Source of the DNA: Patescibacteria group bacterium
Lineage (GTDB): Bacteria; Patescibacteriota; Microgenomatia; UBA1400; PJMF01
Assembly (NCBI GenBank): GCA_039934415.1
Contig: JBDTME010000001.1
Location: 442,461 to 506,460 of the forward strand
Reading direction: 5' to 3'
DNA: 64,000 bases
Part shown: piece by piece, positions 18,990 through 28,291 of the stretch
How the letters are laid out: each line of letters opens with the position of its first letter
Position numbering within the stretch: the first letter of the stretch is position 1
Program-made: the position numbers and the translations under genes
The notes under the pieces: model-generated
Seen by the model: only the letters and a program-made list of their open reading frames with translations
What the model was told of the DNA's origin: nothing
Database searches by the model: none

Positions 18990-19976
18990 ATGACCATTAA
19001 ACAGGCCACAGATTTATCGAAACAAATACTCCAAAAGCTTGGTTTTAGAGAAGAAGAATGTGATCTAATTTCCCAAAATCTCATAGAAGCTGAATTGGCT
19101 GAAAGAAAGACGCATGGTTTGATAAGGCTGCCAGCTATTGCTCGAAATGTAAAAAACGGGAGTATTAAGGTTACGCCAGAGGACATTGAAATTATTGCAG
19201 AGCATCCAGGCTCTTTGCATTTTGATGCTAAGCATAAACCAGGCTTCTACGTTCTTTATAAATCGCTAGAGATAGCTATTAAGAAAGCAAAAGTTTCTGG
19301 GATCGTGGCAGTAGCAATTAAAGATCTGGAGTATGCATCAGGCTACATTGGTGACTACGCTCGGCTAACAGCAGAACAAGATCTAATTTTTATTGGCTTC
19401 CATAATTCACCTGGTGGATTAGTTCCTCATGGGACAACAAAAGGCATTTGGGGTACAAATCCTATTACTATATCTGTACCCACCCAACAAATTCCAGTTA
19501 TTTTAGATATGGCTTCGTCTCAATCAACTTGGGGTGAGTTAATGGTTGCAAAAACTGAAGGTCGATCAATTAAAGAAGGTGTAGCAATTGATTCGGAGGG
19601 GAATGTAACTGTTGACCCTGCTAAAGCCATGGAAGGGGGTATTCTTCCCATAGCTGGTCATAAAGGTTCTGGTTTGGCATTTATAGTAGAACTTCTAAGT
19701 GGAGCGTTGAGTAACTCTAGAGTTGGAGGTGCTGTTGAGGGCGGCTGGGGTTCATTTTACATCTTGATTAACCCTGCTTTCTTTAGGGACCTGAGTGATT
19801 TTAAGAATGATGTCGAAGCAGCTATTCAAGAGTTAAAGTCTACACCTAAAGCAAAAGGCTTTAATGAGGTCTTCTTCCCAGGGGAGCAATCTTACTATAA
19901 GCGAAAAAGTAACCTCGAAAGAGATGAAATTGATATCAGTGAAAAACTAATGGCAGATTTGGAGGGGCTAAAATGA
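18990..19976 (+). CDS. Ldh2 family (malate/L-lactate/sulfolactate dehydrogenase-like) oxidoreductase
   Basis: ERKTHGLIRLP, GYIGDYA and IAGHKGSGLAFIVELLSG are conserved Ldh_2 family blocks. Confidence 0.8.
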   Translation: MTIKQATDLSKQILQKLGFREEECDLISQNLIEAELAERKTHGLIRLPAIARNVKNGSIKVTPEDIEIIAEHPGSLHFDAKHKPGFYVLYKSLEIAIKKAKVSGIVAVAIKDLEYASGYIGDYARLTAEQDLIFIGFHNSPGGLVPHGTTKGIWGTNPITISVPTQQIPVILDMASSQSTWGELMVAKTEGRSIKEGVAIDSEGNVTVDPAKAMEGGILPIAGHKGSGLAFIVELLSGALSNSRVGGAVEGGWGSFYILINPAFFRDLSDFKNDVEAAIQELKSTPKAKGFNEVFFPGEQSYYKRKSNLERDEIDISEKLMADLEGLK

Positions 19977-20845
19977 ATAACCAAAACTTGAAAGTAGGTA
20001 TTGTTGGCTTAGGAATTATGGGCAGAGGGATGGCTAATAACTTTATCAAGAAAGGTTTCACTCTTTTTATCTGGAACAGAACTCAGTCAGTTTGTGACGA
20101 ATTCAGTAAACAAGGTGCTGTTGTTTGCTCAACGCCTGCTGAAGTTGCTCAAAAAGCAGACGTTATATTTGAAATTACTGCCAATGACGAATCTTCAAAA
20201 GAGGTGTGGATGGGAGAAAAAGGTATTCTTGCTGGAGCTAGTACTGATAAAGTACTCATTGCTAGCGCAACTCTCTCTGTAGAGTGGGTGGATGAACTTG
20301 TTGCAAAATGCAAAAATCAAAAATTTACTTTCATGGACATTGCCCTAACTGGTGGACGAGTTGGAGCGGAAACAGGTAGCTTGACTGTATTATGTGGTGG
20401 AGATGAAGCAACACTTCAACAAATTGAACCAGTCTTACAAGCGGTAGCAAAAAAGATTTTCCACTTTGGACCAGCAGGTCATGGCATGAGATATAAACTG
20501 ATTCTCAACTTCCTGCAAGCTGTTCACATCATTGGATTTGGACAGGCGATGAAAATCGCTAAAGCCTATGACATGGACCTAAAGAAAGTTAGTGAAGCTT
20601 TAGTTGATAGACCAGGAGGAACAATCACTGGAATTGCCCAAAAAACTTACTTTGAAGAACCAAACCCCATAACCTTTTCCATTGAATGGATTTCTAAGGA
20701 CCTGACTTATGCTAAGAAATTAGCTAAAAATTTAGATGTCTGTTTACTTGATGGTGTATTGAGCGAGTATAAAAAGGCGATGGAAAAGGGCCATTCGAAG
20801 AGAGACTGGGCGTCAATCAATACTCTTATTGAGGAGCAGTTATGA
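19973..20845 (+). CDS. NAD(P)-dependent dehydrogenase, 3-hydroxyisobutyrate dehydrogenase (HIBADH)/GarR family
   Basis: N-terminal Rossmann VGIVGLGIMGRGMANN and the overall HIBADH layout. Overlaps the previous gene by 4 nt. Confidence 0.8.
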   Translation: MNNQNLKVGIVGLGIMGRGMANNFIKKGFTLFIWNRTQSVCDEFSKQGAVVCSTPAEVAQKADVIFEITANDESSKEVWMGEKGILAGASTDKVLIASATLSVEWVDELVAKCKNQKFTFMDIALTGGRVGAETGSLTVLCGGDEATLQQIEPVLQAVAKKIFHFGPAGHGMRYKLILNFLQAVHIIGFGQAMKIAKAYDMDLKKVSEALVDRPGGTITGIAQKTYFEEPNPITFSIEWISKDLTYAKKLAKNLDVCLLDGVLSEYKKAMEKGHSKRDWASINTLIEEQL

Positions 20846-21468
20846 CAGATAAATTTGCCTCAACCATTCAAACATACAACAAGTTTGCACCTCAGTTCAT
20901 TCAACACTTTGAAAAGAAGTTGGATACGACTGAACTGGATAAGTTCATAGAAGGAGTACCAAAAGGTGGTTATATTCTTGATGCTGGATGTGGATCAGCT
21001 AGAGATGCAGCGTACTTCATTAGTAAGGGCTATAAAGCACTGGGTATTGATCTCTCAGATGGGCTCCTGGGTGAAGCAAAGAAAATACACCCCGAAGTTC
21101 CAACTCAACAAATGAGCTTAACTGAAATCACACTGCCTGACGCAAAATTTGACGGAGTTTGGTGTAAAGCAGCTTTGCTTCATATTGATCGAAATGACAT
21201 TCCTAAAGTACTGAAAGATTTTTATCGGATCCTCAAGCCTAACGGAGCATTATTTATTCAGACAAAAGAGGGTGAAGGTGAAGGCACTCAGCCAGTTCCT
21301 TTTGATGAAACGATGACAAGAATGTTTACCTTTTTCACCGTAGAAGAAATGGAGAAACTGGTAAAGGATGCAGGCTTTGAACTATTAGGTAGTTATGACT
21401 TCAATGGTAAGAATCGAGGTACTAACTCTCGAGATCAGGAGTGGGTAGTTATCTTTGCAAAAAAGTAA
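20842..21468 (+). CDS. class I SAM-dependent methyltransferase
   Basis: Motif I ILDAGCGSARDAAYF and motif post-I ALGIDLS. 4-nt overlap with the upstream gene. Confidence 0.8.
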   Translation: MTDKFASTIQTYNKFAPQFIQHFEKKLDTTELDKFIEGVPKGGYILDAGCGSARDAAYFISKGYKALGIDLSDGLLGEAKKIHPEVPTQQMSLTEITLPDAKFDGVWCKAALLHIDRNDIPKVLKDFYRILKPNGALFIQTKEGEGEGTQPVPFDETMTRMFTFFTVEEMEKLVKDAGFELLGSYDFNGKNRGTNSRDQEWVVIFAKK

Positions 21469-21474
21469 AAACAT

Positions 21475-22230
21475 ATGAAATTTAAAGCTCTCGTTTTTGA
21501 TCTAGATGGCACCGCCATTCCCAAAAGGCCAGATGGTATGCCTTCTCAAGCAGTGATTGACGCTGTTGCTAAAGCTAAGAAAGTCTGCCACGTTTCGATT
21601 GCCACAGGTAGACCATACTCTTTATGCGAAGATATCCTAGATGCATTGGATATTGATGATTTATGTATTGTGAATGGTGGTACCCACTTATATTCAAGAA
21701 AAACAAATGAATATGTCTGGAAACAAGAGATAGATCAGTTAGTGCTTCAAGAGCTATTCTTTAAACTTAAAGAATTTCGCCAGTATGATGTCGCTGATGA
21801 GAAGAGGCTCGATAGAGTTCCAATTGAAGAATATCGAACTGATGAGGCTATTGCTTTGGCTTGTATTTTTTCTACCACAAAACAGGATGCTCAAAAGATC
21901 ATTTCGGTTGTCAAGGGATTTAAATCCGTCACGGCTCATGCCGTTTCGTCGTGGAAAGACGGGACATTTGATATTCACATCAGCCATGAACTAGCGACAA
22001 AGAAACACGCCTTGCAATCCTTGCTCTCTAGACTAAATGTTGATCTAGACCAAATAATGGTGGCTGGTGACGGAGGGAATGATCTCCCTCTCTTTGAACT
22101 CGCAGGTTGGAAAGTGGCGATGGGAAATGGTGCTGATGAGTTAAAAGAACAAGCTGATTGGATTGCCCCTCATGTCGATGATGATGGCCTAGCGGTTGCT
22201 ATCAATAAGTTTATTTTGAAGAAAGACTAA
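21475..22230 (+). CDS. HAD-IIB (Cof-type) hydrolase
   Basis: N-terminal DLDGT nucleophile motif and C-terminal GDGGNDLPLFELAGWKVAMGNG. Confidence 0.8.
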   Translation: MKFKALVFDLDGTAIPKRPDGMPSQAVIDAVAKAKKVCHVSIATGRPYSLCEDILDALDIDDLCIVNGGTHLYSRKTNEYVWKQEIDQLVLQELFFKLKEFRQYDVADEKRLDRVPIEEYRTDEAIALACIFSTTKQDAQKIISVVKGFKSVTAHAVSSWKDGTFDIHISHELATKKHALQSLLSRLNVDLDQIMVAGDGGNDLPLFELAGWKVAMGNGADELKEQADWIAPHVDDDGLAVAINKFILKKD

Positions 22231-22231
22231 T

Positions 22232-22708
22232 ATGAATTACTCGTCATTCCTTGACTCATTTTTCGAACAGATACACAAAGCTGGTCTTGATATTGCTAGA
22301 CTTCCTCTAGATCACGTTGCTTATCAAGCCTCATCATCAGAAGACTATGAGAGGCTACTACCTGAATTTTCAGCCTTAGGTGAGCTAATGAGTGAAGAGA
22401 TTATCGGGGAAAGGCGTGTCGCAGTTTTCAACTTGAGTGAGCCTATCCAATACAAAGAGTATTCGATCCCTGCTCTGGAACTCATTGAACCTCGAAGAGG
22501 CCAACAATGTGAGTCGTCTTTTCAACACGCAGAATTTGTTACAAGCAAACCTTTCGAGGAGTATATGCAGCAATATCCAAACATTAAATGGGATACAAGC
22601 TCGATGCACAGGGATGAGTTTTCCCACTTAAAGCTTAACTTTGAGAATGGACTAACACTTAAATTTCTACTTAAGCCTATCCTTGAACTTGTGGGTATTA
22701 AAAAATAA
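22232..22708 (+). CDS. YecM-like VOC superfamily protein
   Basis: DHVAYQASSSEDYERLLPEFSALGELMSEEIIGERRVAVFNLSEPIQY is colinear with E. coli YecM DHISLRCHQNATAERWRRGFEQCGELLSENMINGRPICLFKLHEPVQV. Confidence 0.65.
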   Translation: MNYSSFLDSFFEQIHKAGLDIARLPLDHVAYQASSSEDYERLLPEFSALGELMSEEIIGERRVAVFNLSEPIQYKEYSIPALELIEPRRGQQCESSFQHAEFVTSKPFEEYMQQYPNIKWDTSSMHRDEFSHLKLNFENGLTLKFLLKPILELVGIKK

Positions 22709-22722
22709 AGTACGGATTAACT

Positions 22723-23295
22723 ATGACAACTTATTTACTCCATGGTGGAGGAACTTCAAAAGATCTGGCAGGTAACGACCTCTTTTTTTCTCAGTTTACT
22801 AAATTGGTCGATAAACCTGAGGTAAAGGTTCTCTTGTGTTACTGGTCAAGGAATCAGCACGAGTGGCAAACATTGATAGAAAGAGATCAAAGCAGGATTC
22901 TCAAAAATTCAGATAAAAAAGTATCTTTCCAGGTCGCTGAAAACAGTAAGGATCTATTTGAGAAGCCTAGGGATTCTGATGTGCTTTATGTGGCTGGTGG
23001 TGATGCTGAACTTTTAGAACCATATTACAGTGAGCTGAGCAATCTAAGGAGTTCACTGAATGGAAAAATCTATGCAGGCAGCTCTATGGGAGCATTTTTA
23101 GCTTCTAACCAGTATGTATTGCCCTTTGATAGCCAGGACGATGAGTCGGTTCATGCTGGGGTGGGTTTATTACCAATTCAAGTACTCTGTCATTGGAATG
23201 TAGAAAAGAAGAAAGATTTCAAACTCAATCTTTTGTCTAACTCAAAGCCAATTATTACTTTGAACGAAGGTGAGTTTGTAGAAATATACCAATAA
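22723..23295 (+). CDS. peptidase S51 (dipeptidase E/cyanophycinase-like) family protein
   Basis: VLYVAGGDAELL and GSSMGAF (Ser nucleophile context) are typical of S51. Its stop overlaps the next start (TAATG). Confidence 0.6.
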   Translation: MTTYLLHGGGTSKDLAGNDLFFSQFTKLVDKPEVKVLLCYWSRNQHEWQTLIERDQSRILKNSDKKVSFQVAENSKDLFEKPRDSDVLYVAGGDAELLEPYYSELSNLRSSLNGKIYAGSSMGAFLASNQYVLPFDSQDDESVHAGVGLLPIQVLCHWNVEKKKDFKLNLLSNSKPIITLNEGEFVEIYQ

Positions 23296-24404
23296 TGGAT
23301 GCTGGAACGATCGCAAGTATTGCTATAGAAATTATAAAGTTTGTGTTTAAACCACTCACTTTATTTTTGAAATGGGTTATTGATAAGCTCCCATTTGAGA
23401 TCAGGTGGAAAAGAATTAAATTGGGAATCATTGAGTCTAGGTGGGGCACACATACATGGGACAGAGGAAAGCAAGGTGATGAACCTGTTATTTTTGTTCA
23501 CACACGCTGGAGCTTTACTAATACTTTACCTTACAATATTACAGCTTTAAATGCCTTTCTCATTAGACCGCAGAAAGTGAAAGGCCATGCACTAATTAAG
23601 GATCCCGAAGCCAATATGTATGGTTCGTATGTAATTCCAAGTGGATATACTACGGAGGTCCATGCTGATTTCGTGATAGATGATAATAATGTAAAGTCAG
23701 AATACGAAATTTTAAAGGCAGATATAAATTTTCAGGACTCAATTGGGCGTTTACATAAAGTAAGAAATGTAGATATTTATCCGATAAAAGTAAATGCAGT
23801 AAAACAAGAGAAACTGACTGTTGAAGACTCATCAAAAATCACAAACGAAACTGAAAGAAAGTTGGTATCTGTTCTCAAAAACGAGATCCAACAATATAAA
23901 GTAAGAGGTCGTAGAGAAGGTGGACTAGGTACGGTTGATTGGCCAAGAGGAACTATTGAATGGACTCAAGCAGGTAGTACGATTCAATTTCTCTTTCAGA
24001 CCTCATCAGAAGAGCATGTGCGATCCGAACATGCGACTGCTCTACTTAACTTATATAAAAATGCAAACAAGGCCCAGAAAAAAGTTTTCATTCAAGCATT
24101 GCTTGATCGTATTGATCGGAAAAGTGAGTACAGAGACGTAGCATACTTAATTATCTTTGTTCTTTTCTTATGTGGTTTTCTCAAAGACGGACTAATAATT
24201 GCAAAAAAAGATCTACTAAACGACAAGGCCCACGGTTTCAGTGACATGCTAAGACTTATAGATTTGTTGTTGGCTTTTAGATATCAAGAATTTGATGAAA
24301 AAACATTAAACGAAATTGAGAAATTAGTTTTTTCAGTTCAAGAACACCCTTTCAGGATAAAAGAAAGAATAAATGCAATAAGAGTGAAAGGGCTGGTGAG
24401 CTGA
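23295..24404 (+). CDS. hypothetical protein, N-terminal TM anchor (no recognisable domain)
   Basis: 369 aa. Hydrophobic N-terminus IASIAIEIIKFVF and a second TM near aa 290. Translationally coupled to the upstream gene (TAATG) and to the downstream gene (1-nt gap). Confidence 0.5.
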   Translation: MDAGTIASIAIEIIKFVFKPLTLFLKWVIDKLPFEIRWKRIKLGIIESRWGTHTWDRGKQGDEPVIFVHTRWSFTNTLPYNITALNAFLIRPQKVKGHALIKDPEANMYGSYVIPSGYTTEVHADFVIDDNNVKSEYEILKADINFQDSIGRLHKVRNVDIYPIKVNAVKQEKLTVEDSSKITNETERKLVSVLKNEIQQYKVRGRREGGLGTVDWPRGTIEWTQAGSTIQFLFQTSSEEHVRSEHATALLNLYKNANKAQKKVFIQALLDRIDRKSEYRDVAYLIIFVLFLCGFLKDGLIIAKKDLLNDKAHGFSDMLRLIDLLLAFRYQEFDEKTLNEIEKLVFSVQEHPFRIKERINAIRVKGLVS

Positions 24405-24405
24405 T

Positions 24406-25356
24406 ATGGGGCACCTAATAAAAATAACTCTCAAGACAACTAAGTCGAATATTAGTATTACTGAGGGAAAAATTGGAAAGTGGTTATTTTCTTGGTCGAA
24501 TAATCAGGTCGAAGCATTTGCAGAAGCTGAATACAATGCGGGTTCTATTTCAGATCCTTTCGATCTTGTGAGAAAAACTACAAAGTTGAATTTGGCGCTT
24601 CTGATTGACTGTTTAACTATGATTGTTAATCAAGAAGTGAATACATCAATAGTTATTTCCACTGATCCAAAAATACTTGTCTATCAAAAAACTAATTCAA
24701 AAAGAGTCACATCAATACATGAAGCAAGAACTCTAACAAGGTCTATTAGACCAATATGTAATGCGAGCTCACTTGGGGAAGAGGTTCCGAAGAGAATCGA
24801 TGAGGGGGTTACCATAAACCTTTCTGAAGATCGTATAAGAATATTACGCTATTTGTTGGATTTTTTTAGCAAGAAAAAATCGTACAAAAATATTCATTTA
24901 AAATTAGTAAATTATTGGAGGAAAGGCGTTGATTTAGATCAACTCATGCTAGTTGATGAAAGCTACTTAGCATTCTTTAAAATTATTGAATACTACATCA
25001 ATAGGTCGAATGTAAAAGAGTCTGATATTCCTTCAAAGTTTCGTGAGCCAAAATCATTGCAAGATGCTTACAAGTTTTCACTTGGAACAGGTTTATCTTC
25101 TATGAAAGATGATCAACTCCAAATGATATCTGACTTTGTTCACATTCGGAACAACTGGGATATTGCCCACGTTAAAATGGGAAGCTTACCTGATGATAAG
25201 TTCGGTGGCCTATATTACTCTCATATGGATGAGGGCTGGGAATATCATAGCCACATTTGTCAGATTTCACGCTGGGTAATCTTAAAAGAGCTAGGTATAA
25301 AAGACCTGATGCTCGAGAATAATGGAGGCTTATTAGAACTATCTATTACTGAGTAA
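24406..25356 (+). CDS. hypothetical protein (no recognisable domain)
   Basis: 316 aa, last gene of the co-directional overlapping operon. No motif identified. Confidence 0.5.
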   Translation: MGHLIKITLKTTKSNISITEGKIGKWLFSWSNNQVEAFAEAEYNAGSISDPFDLVRKTTKLNLALLIDCLTMIVNQEVNTSIVISTDPKILVYQKTNSKRVTSIHEARTLTRSIRPICNASSLGEEVPKRIDEGVTINLSEDRIRILRYLLDFFSKKKSYKNIHLKLVNYWRKGVDLDQLMLVDESYLAFFKIIEYYINRSNVKESDIPSKFREPKSLQDAYKFSLGTGLSSMKDDQLQMISDFVHIRNNWDIAHVKMGSLPDDKFGGLYYSHMDEGWEYHSHICQISRWVILKELGIKDLMLENNGGLLELSITE

Positions 25357-25421
25357 TCTTTCGGATAAAGTCCCATACGGGGAGCCGTCTAAAAAGGTTC
25401 AAAACTTAAAACCAAAAAATA

Positions 25422-25790
25422 CTATTTTCTTTGATATAGTCCGACGCGATTACCTTCACTGTCTTCAAATATAGAGATATAACCATATTCTCCTATATCT
25501 TTTTTAGGTACGTGAATTTTTCCACCAGCAATTACAATCTTTTTTTCCATTTCATCAATCATATTCGTATCAAGATAAACGGTCGTACCTGTAAGACTTG
25601 GTTTATATCCAAACCCCTTCATTAATCCACCAGTTGCTCCAATACCACCTCTTTGCATAGGGAATGAGAGCATCTCATACCCTGCATTAGTTTCAGGTGT
25701 CATTTCAAAACCAAAAACTTCTTCATAAAACTTTTTTGCTCTAGCTAAATCTAGGGCTGGGAGTTCAAACCAACTTACTGGGTTCTTCAT
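25422..25790 (-). CDS. VOC family (glyoxalase/bleomycin resistance-like) protein
   Basis: N-terminal FELPALDLARAKKFYEEVFGF and a 122-aa size typical of the single-domain VOC fold. Confidence 0.75.
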   Translation of the reverse strand: MKNPVSWFELPALDLARAKKFYEEVFGFEMTPETNAGYEMLSFPMQRGGIGATGGLMKGFGYKPSLTGTTVYLDTNMIDEMEKKIVIAGGKIHVPKKDIGEYGYISIFEDSEGNRVGLYQRK

Positions 25791-25937
25791 AATGAATCCT
25801 TATTATCAATAATAATAAGTAAATTTTAGCAAAAAATTGATATGAAGTCTTATCCATGCCTAATTCGACTCAGAATGCTTGAACCTCAAACGTTTTTTGT
25901 AGTAAAATTTGTCTATAAAATTAAATAGGAGAATAGA

Positions 25938-26441
25938 ATGAGTAAACTAATTACATGCATCTGGTTTGTCAACAACAACGGAGACGAGGCAGTAAAATAC
26001 TACATCGAGACTTTTAATTCGGCTCCAGGAGATCACGAAGCAAAACTTGGAGATATCACAAAAACTCCTAAGCCATCTGAAGAAGCTCCGTTTGCAATGT
26101 CTGAAGGTTCCGTACTGACAGGCGAATGCGAACTTGATGGAATTAGTTTTATGTTTCTTAACGGTGGTCCTATGGAACAATACAAGCTCAATGGATCAAC
26201 TTCTTATATTATAGAGTGTGAGACACAAGAAGAGATTGATTACTTCTGGGAAAAGCTTTCGGCTGTTCCTGAAGCAGAGCAATGCGGATGGTGTACAGAT
26301 AAATTTGGTATAACCTGGCAAGTAACACCAAGAATCTTAGATGAACTGATGCGTAATCCTGAAAAGGCAGAAGCAGTAACTGCTGCATTTATGCCAATGA
26401 AAAAACTTGATCTTGAAACAATTAGAAAAGCTGGCGAATAA
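25938..26441 (+). CDS. VOC family protein, PhnB-like (so-called 3-demethylubiquinone-9 3-methyltransferase domain)
   Basis: ITCIWFVNNNGDEAVKYYIETF is an N-terminal block typical of the PhnB-like family. 167 aa. Confidence 0.65.
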   Translation: MSKLITCIWFVNNNGDEAVKYYIETFNSAPGDHEAKLGDITKTPKPSEEAPFAMSEGSVLTGECELDGISFMFLNGGPMEQYKLNGSTSYIIECETQEEIDYFWEKLSAVPEAEQCGWCTDKFGITWQVTPRILDELMRNPEKAEAVTAAFMPMKKLDLETIRKAGE

Positions 26442-26576
26442 AGCTATTACTACAGTAGAGTTTGGGTGATCTTTCATTGGAAGCCTTGAGATGTATACAA
26501 GTTCGTACTTTTTTAAATTCAAGGTATGGAGTACGCTATATAGCATTATTATTCAATTAATTTAATGGGAGTAGAT

Positions 26577-26768
26577 ATGATTACAGGATATTGCGTTAAA
26601 TGTAAGGAAAAAGGCGTTGAATTGACCGGAGTAGCGATTCATCAAACTATAAAAGGTGGTTTCATGGCTAAAGGAACGCATGAGAAGTGTGGAACAACTG
26701 TTTGTGCAATGATGTCTAAAGACAATGCTGAAAAAGCAGTAAAAGACGGCGCAAAGAAAGCGTACTAA
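26577..26768 (+). CDS. DUF5679-like small CxxC protein
   Basis: MITGYCVKCKEKGVEL...KCGTTVC gives two CxxC-type pairs. Confidence 0.45.
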   Translation: MITGYCVKCKEKGVELTGVAIHQTIKGGFMAKGTHEKCGTTVCAMMSKDNAEKAVKDGAKKAY

Positions 26769-27018
26769 ACGTTTAACTCATTTTAGTATAACGATCTAGA
26801 TTTTCTGAATAAATTAGAAGTCGTGTCATCCTTGAGTAAAAGTAGTTACATCATACTTGTAAATTTCAAGTAAGTGATCTTCATACCCGTTCCGTAACTA
26901 GTCCAAGAGGAGAGCAAGTTATTTTTTCAAATGTTTGACTTAGAGTAAACTACACATAGTCTCAGAAACTTGGATCATTGATATACTAGTTATACACAAC
27001 TATAAAAAAGGGAAATAT

Positions 27019-27408
27019 ATGTTCCAGCCAATAGCAGCCTTTAGCGGGTTTTCTGTATTAGATTTAGCAAAGACAAAAACTTTCTATAACGACATATTGG
27101 GTTTGAAGATTGAAGAGGATAAAATGGGCTTGCAACTCCACTTGCCAGGAGGTGCTACGGTTTTCATATATGAAAAAAAGAATCATCAGCCAGCGGAGTT
27201 CACCATTTTAAATTTAATTATCAAGAATATTGATGAAAGCATAGATGGATTAGCAGCTAAGGGTGTCAAGTTTGAACACTATAATAGCAAAGAGATGCCA
27301 CAAGATGAAAAAGGTGTTCTGCGAGGCTTAAGCGTTGGTATGGGGCCAAATATTGCTTGGTTCCAAGATCCATCACATAACATCATTTCTCTTTTGCAAG
27401 AGAAGTAA
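27019..27408 (+). CDS. VOC family (glyoxalase-like) protein
   Basis: FSVLDLAKTKTFYNDILGLK N-terminal VOC block. 129 aa. Third VOC gene within 2 kb. Confidence 0.7.
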   Translation: MFQPIAAFSGFSVLDLAKTKTFYNDILGLKIEEDKMGLQLHLPGGATVFIYEKKNHQPAEFTILNLIIKNIDESIDGLAAKGVKFEHYNSKEMPQDEKGVLRGLSVGMGPNIAWFQDPSHNIISLLQEK

Positions 27409-27539
27409 TTCTTTGATTTCTTAAATTTAAAAACTTTGAGTATCTCTTCTAGACAAAAATTAATAATGTTAAATGTTGATATGCGTCAAATTACAGTTCC
27501 TGACAGGTTCAAGTTTTCTCTGTTTACTTCTTATAGTCG

Positions 27540-27890
27540 CTATCTCAGCTTTTTATACGCAACATATGCTGCTAGACCAGCAGGTATAACTGCCCAAAGC
27601 ATACCTACCCCTGAGTAAGCCAAGTACAAACCTATTCCCATGAATGAAATTATTGACAAGCCAATAGCAGAAATAACGGTTTGATTAGGAAGTAGCTTGA
27701 TTTTATCGGGAAGAATTAAACCTATTGAAAATATAATTTGCAGTATTCCAAGAATAATCCAAAAAAAAGATGGCAAGGTGTTCAATGCCCAGTTGTTCGC
27801 AAGGCTTTCATAATTACTCATCATGTAAAGTCCACCAGCGATATTCCAGAATCCAAGTGCAATTCTAAGTATCCAAATTAATATATTCAT
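27540..27890 (-). CDS. small membrane protein (4 TM)
   Basis: Start moved to MNILIWIL (ATG at 27888-27890), preceded by a gggaga RBS. Four hydrophobic segments. Confidence 0.5.
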   Translation of the reverse strand: MNILIWILRIALGFWNIAGGLYMMSNYESLANNWALNTLPSFFWIILGILQIIFSIGLILPDKIKLLPNQTVISAIGLSIISFMGIGLYLAYSGVGMLWAVIPAGLAAYVAYKKLR

Positions 27891-28006
27891 ATTCTGTTTC
27901 TCCCTTGTTTTCTTACTAGATCCAATTATAAGAAAACTGATGGCTTCGGTCAAATAGAACAGTTTCTCACTTCTTTTACAACGTGGCAAAATGTTATAGT
28001 AATGTG

Positions 28007-28273
28007 ATGACACCACTTGCATTTTTAGCTACTTCGGTTGGAATCTTTCTCGGTCTATCCAATCTTCCTCAAGCTTTAAAAATTTTTAAAAGAAAAAGTG
28101 CTAAAGATATTTCACTCACTACATACCTTATCGTAGAATTTGGTTCAATCGTTTGGATATTTTACGGCTTAGAAATTAGAAGTTTTCCAATAGTAATACC
28201 AAATATACTTGGTTTGATGGCAACTACCCTAGTTCTGATTGGATACTTCTACTACAGCAAGCCAAGTAAATAA
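28007..28273 (+). CDS. PQ-loop/SemiSWEET-like small transporter
   Basis: About 88 aa and 3 TM, with a PQ motif in NLPQALKIFKRKSAKDISL, as in bacterial SemiSWEETs. Confidence 0.55.
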   Translation: MTPLAFLATSVGIFLGLSNLPQALKIFKRKSAKDISLTTYLIVEFGSIVWIFYGLEIRSFPIVIPNILGLMATTLVLIGYFYYSKPSK

Positions 28274-28291
28274 GAAGGTTATAATTCATTT

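Noticed and set aside
25378-25386. Treating the cggggagcc repeat as a definite attR
   Set aside because: A 9-mer match can occur by chance in 64 kb, and serine recombinases usually do not duplicate target sequence. Kept only as a hypothesis in the findings.
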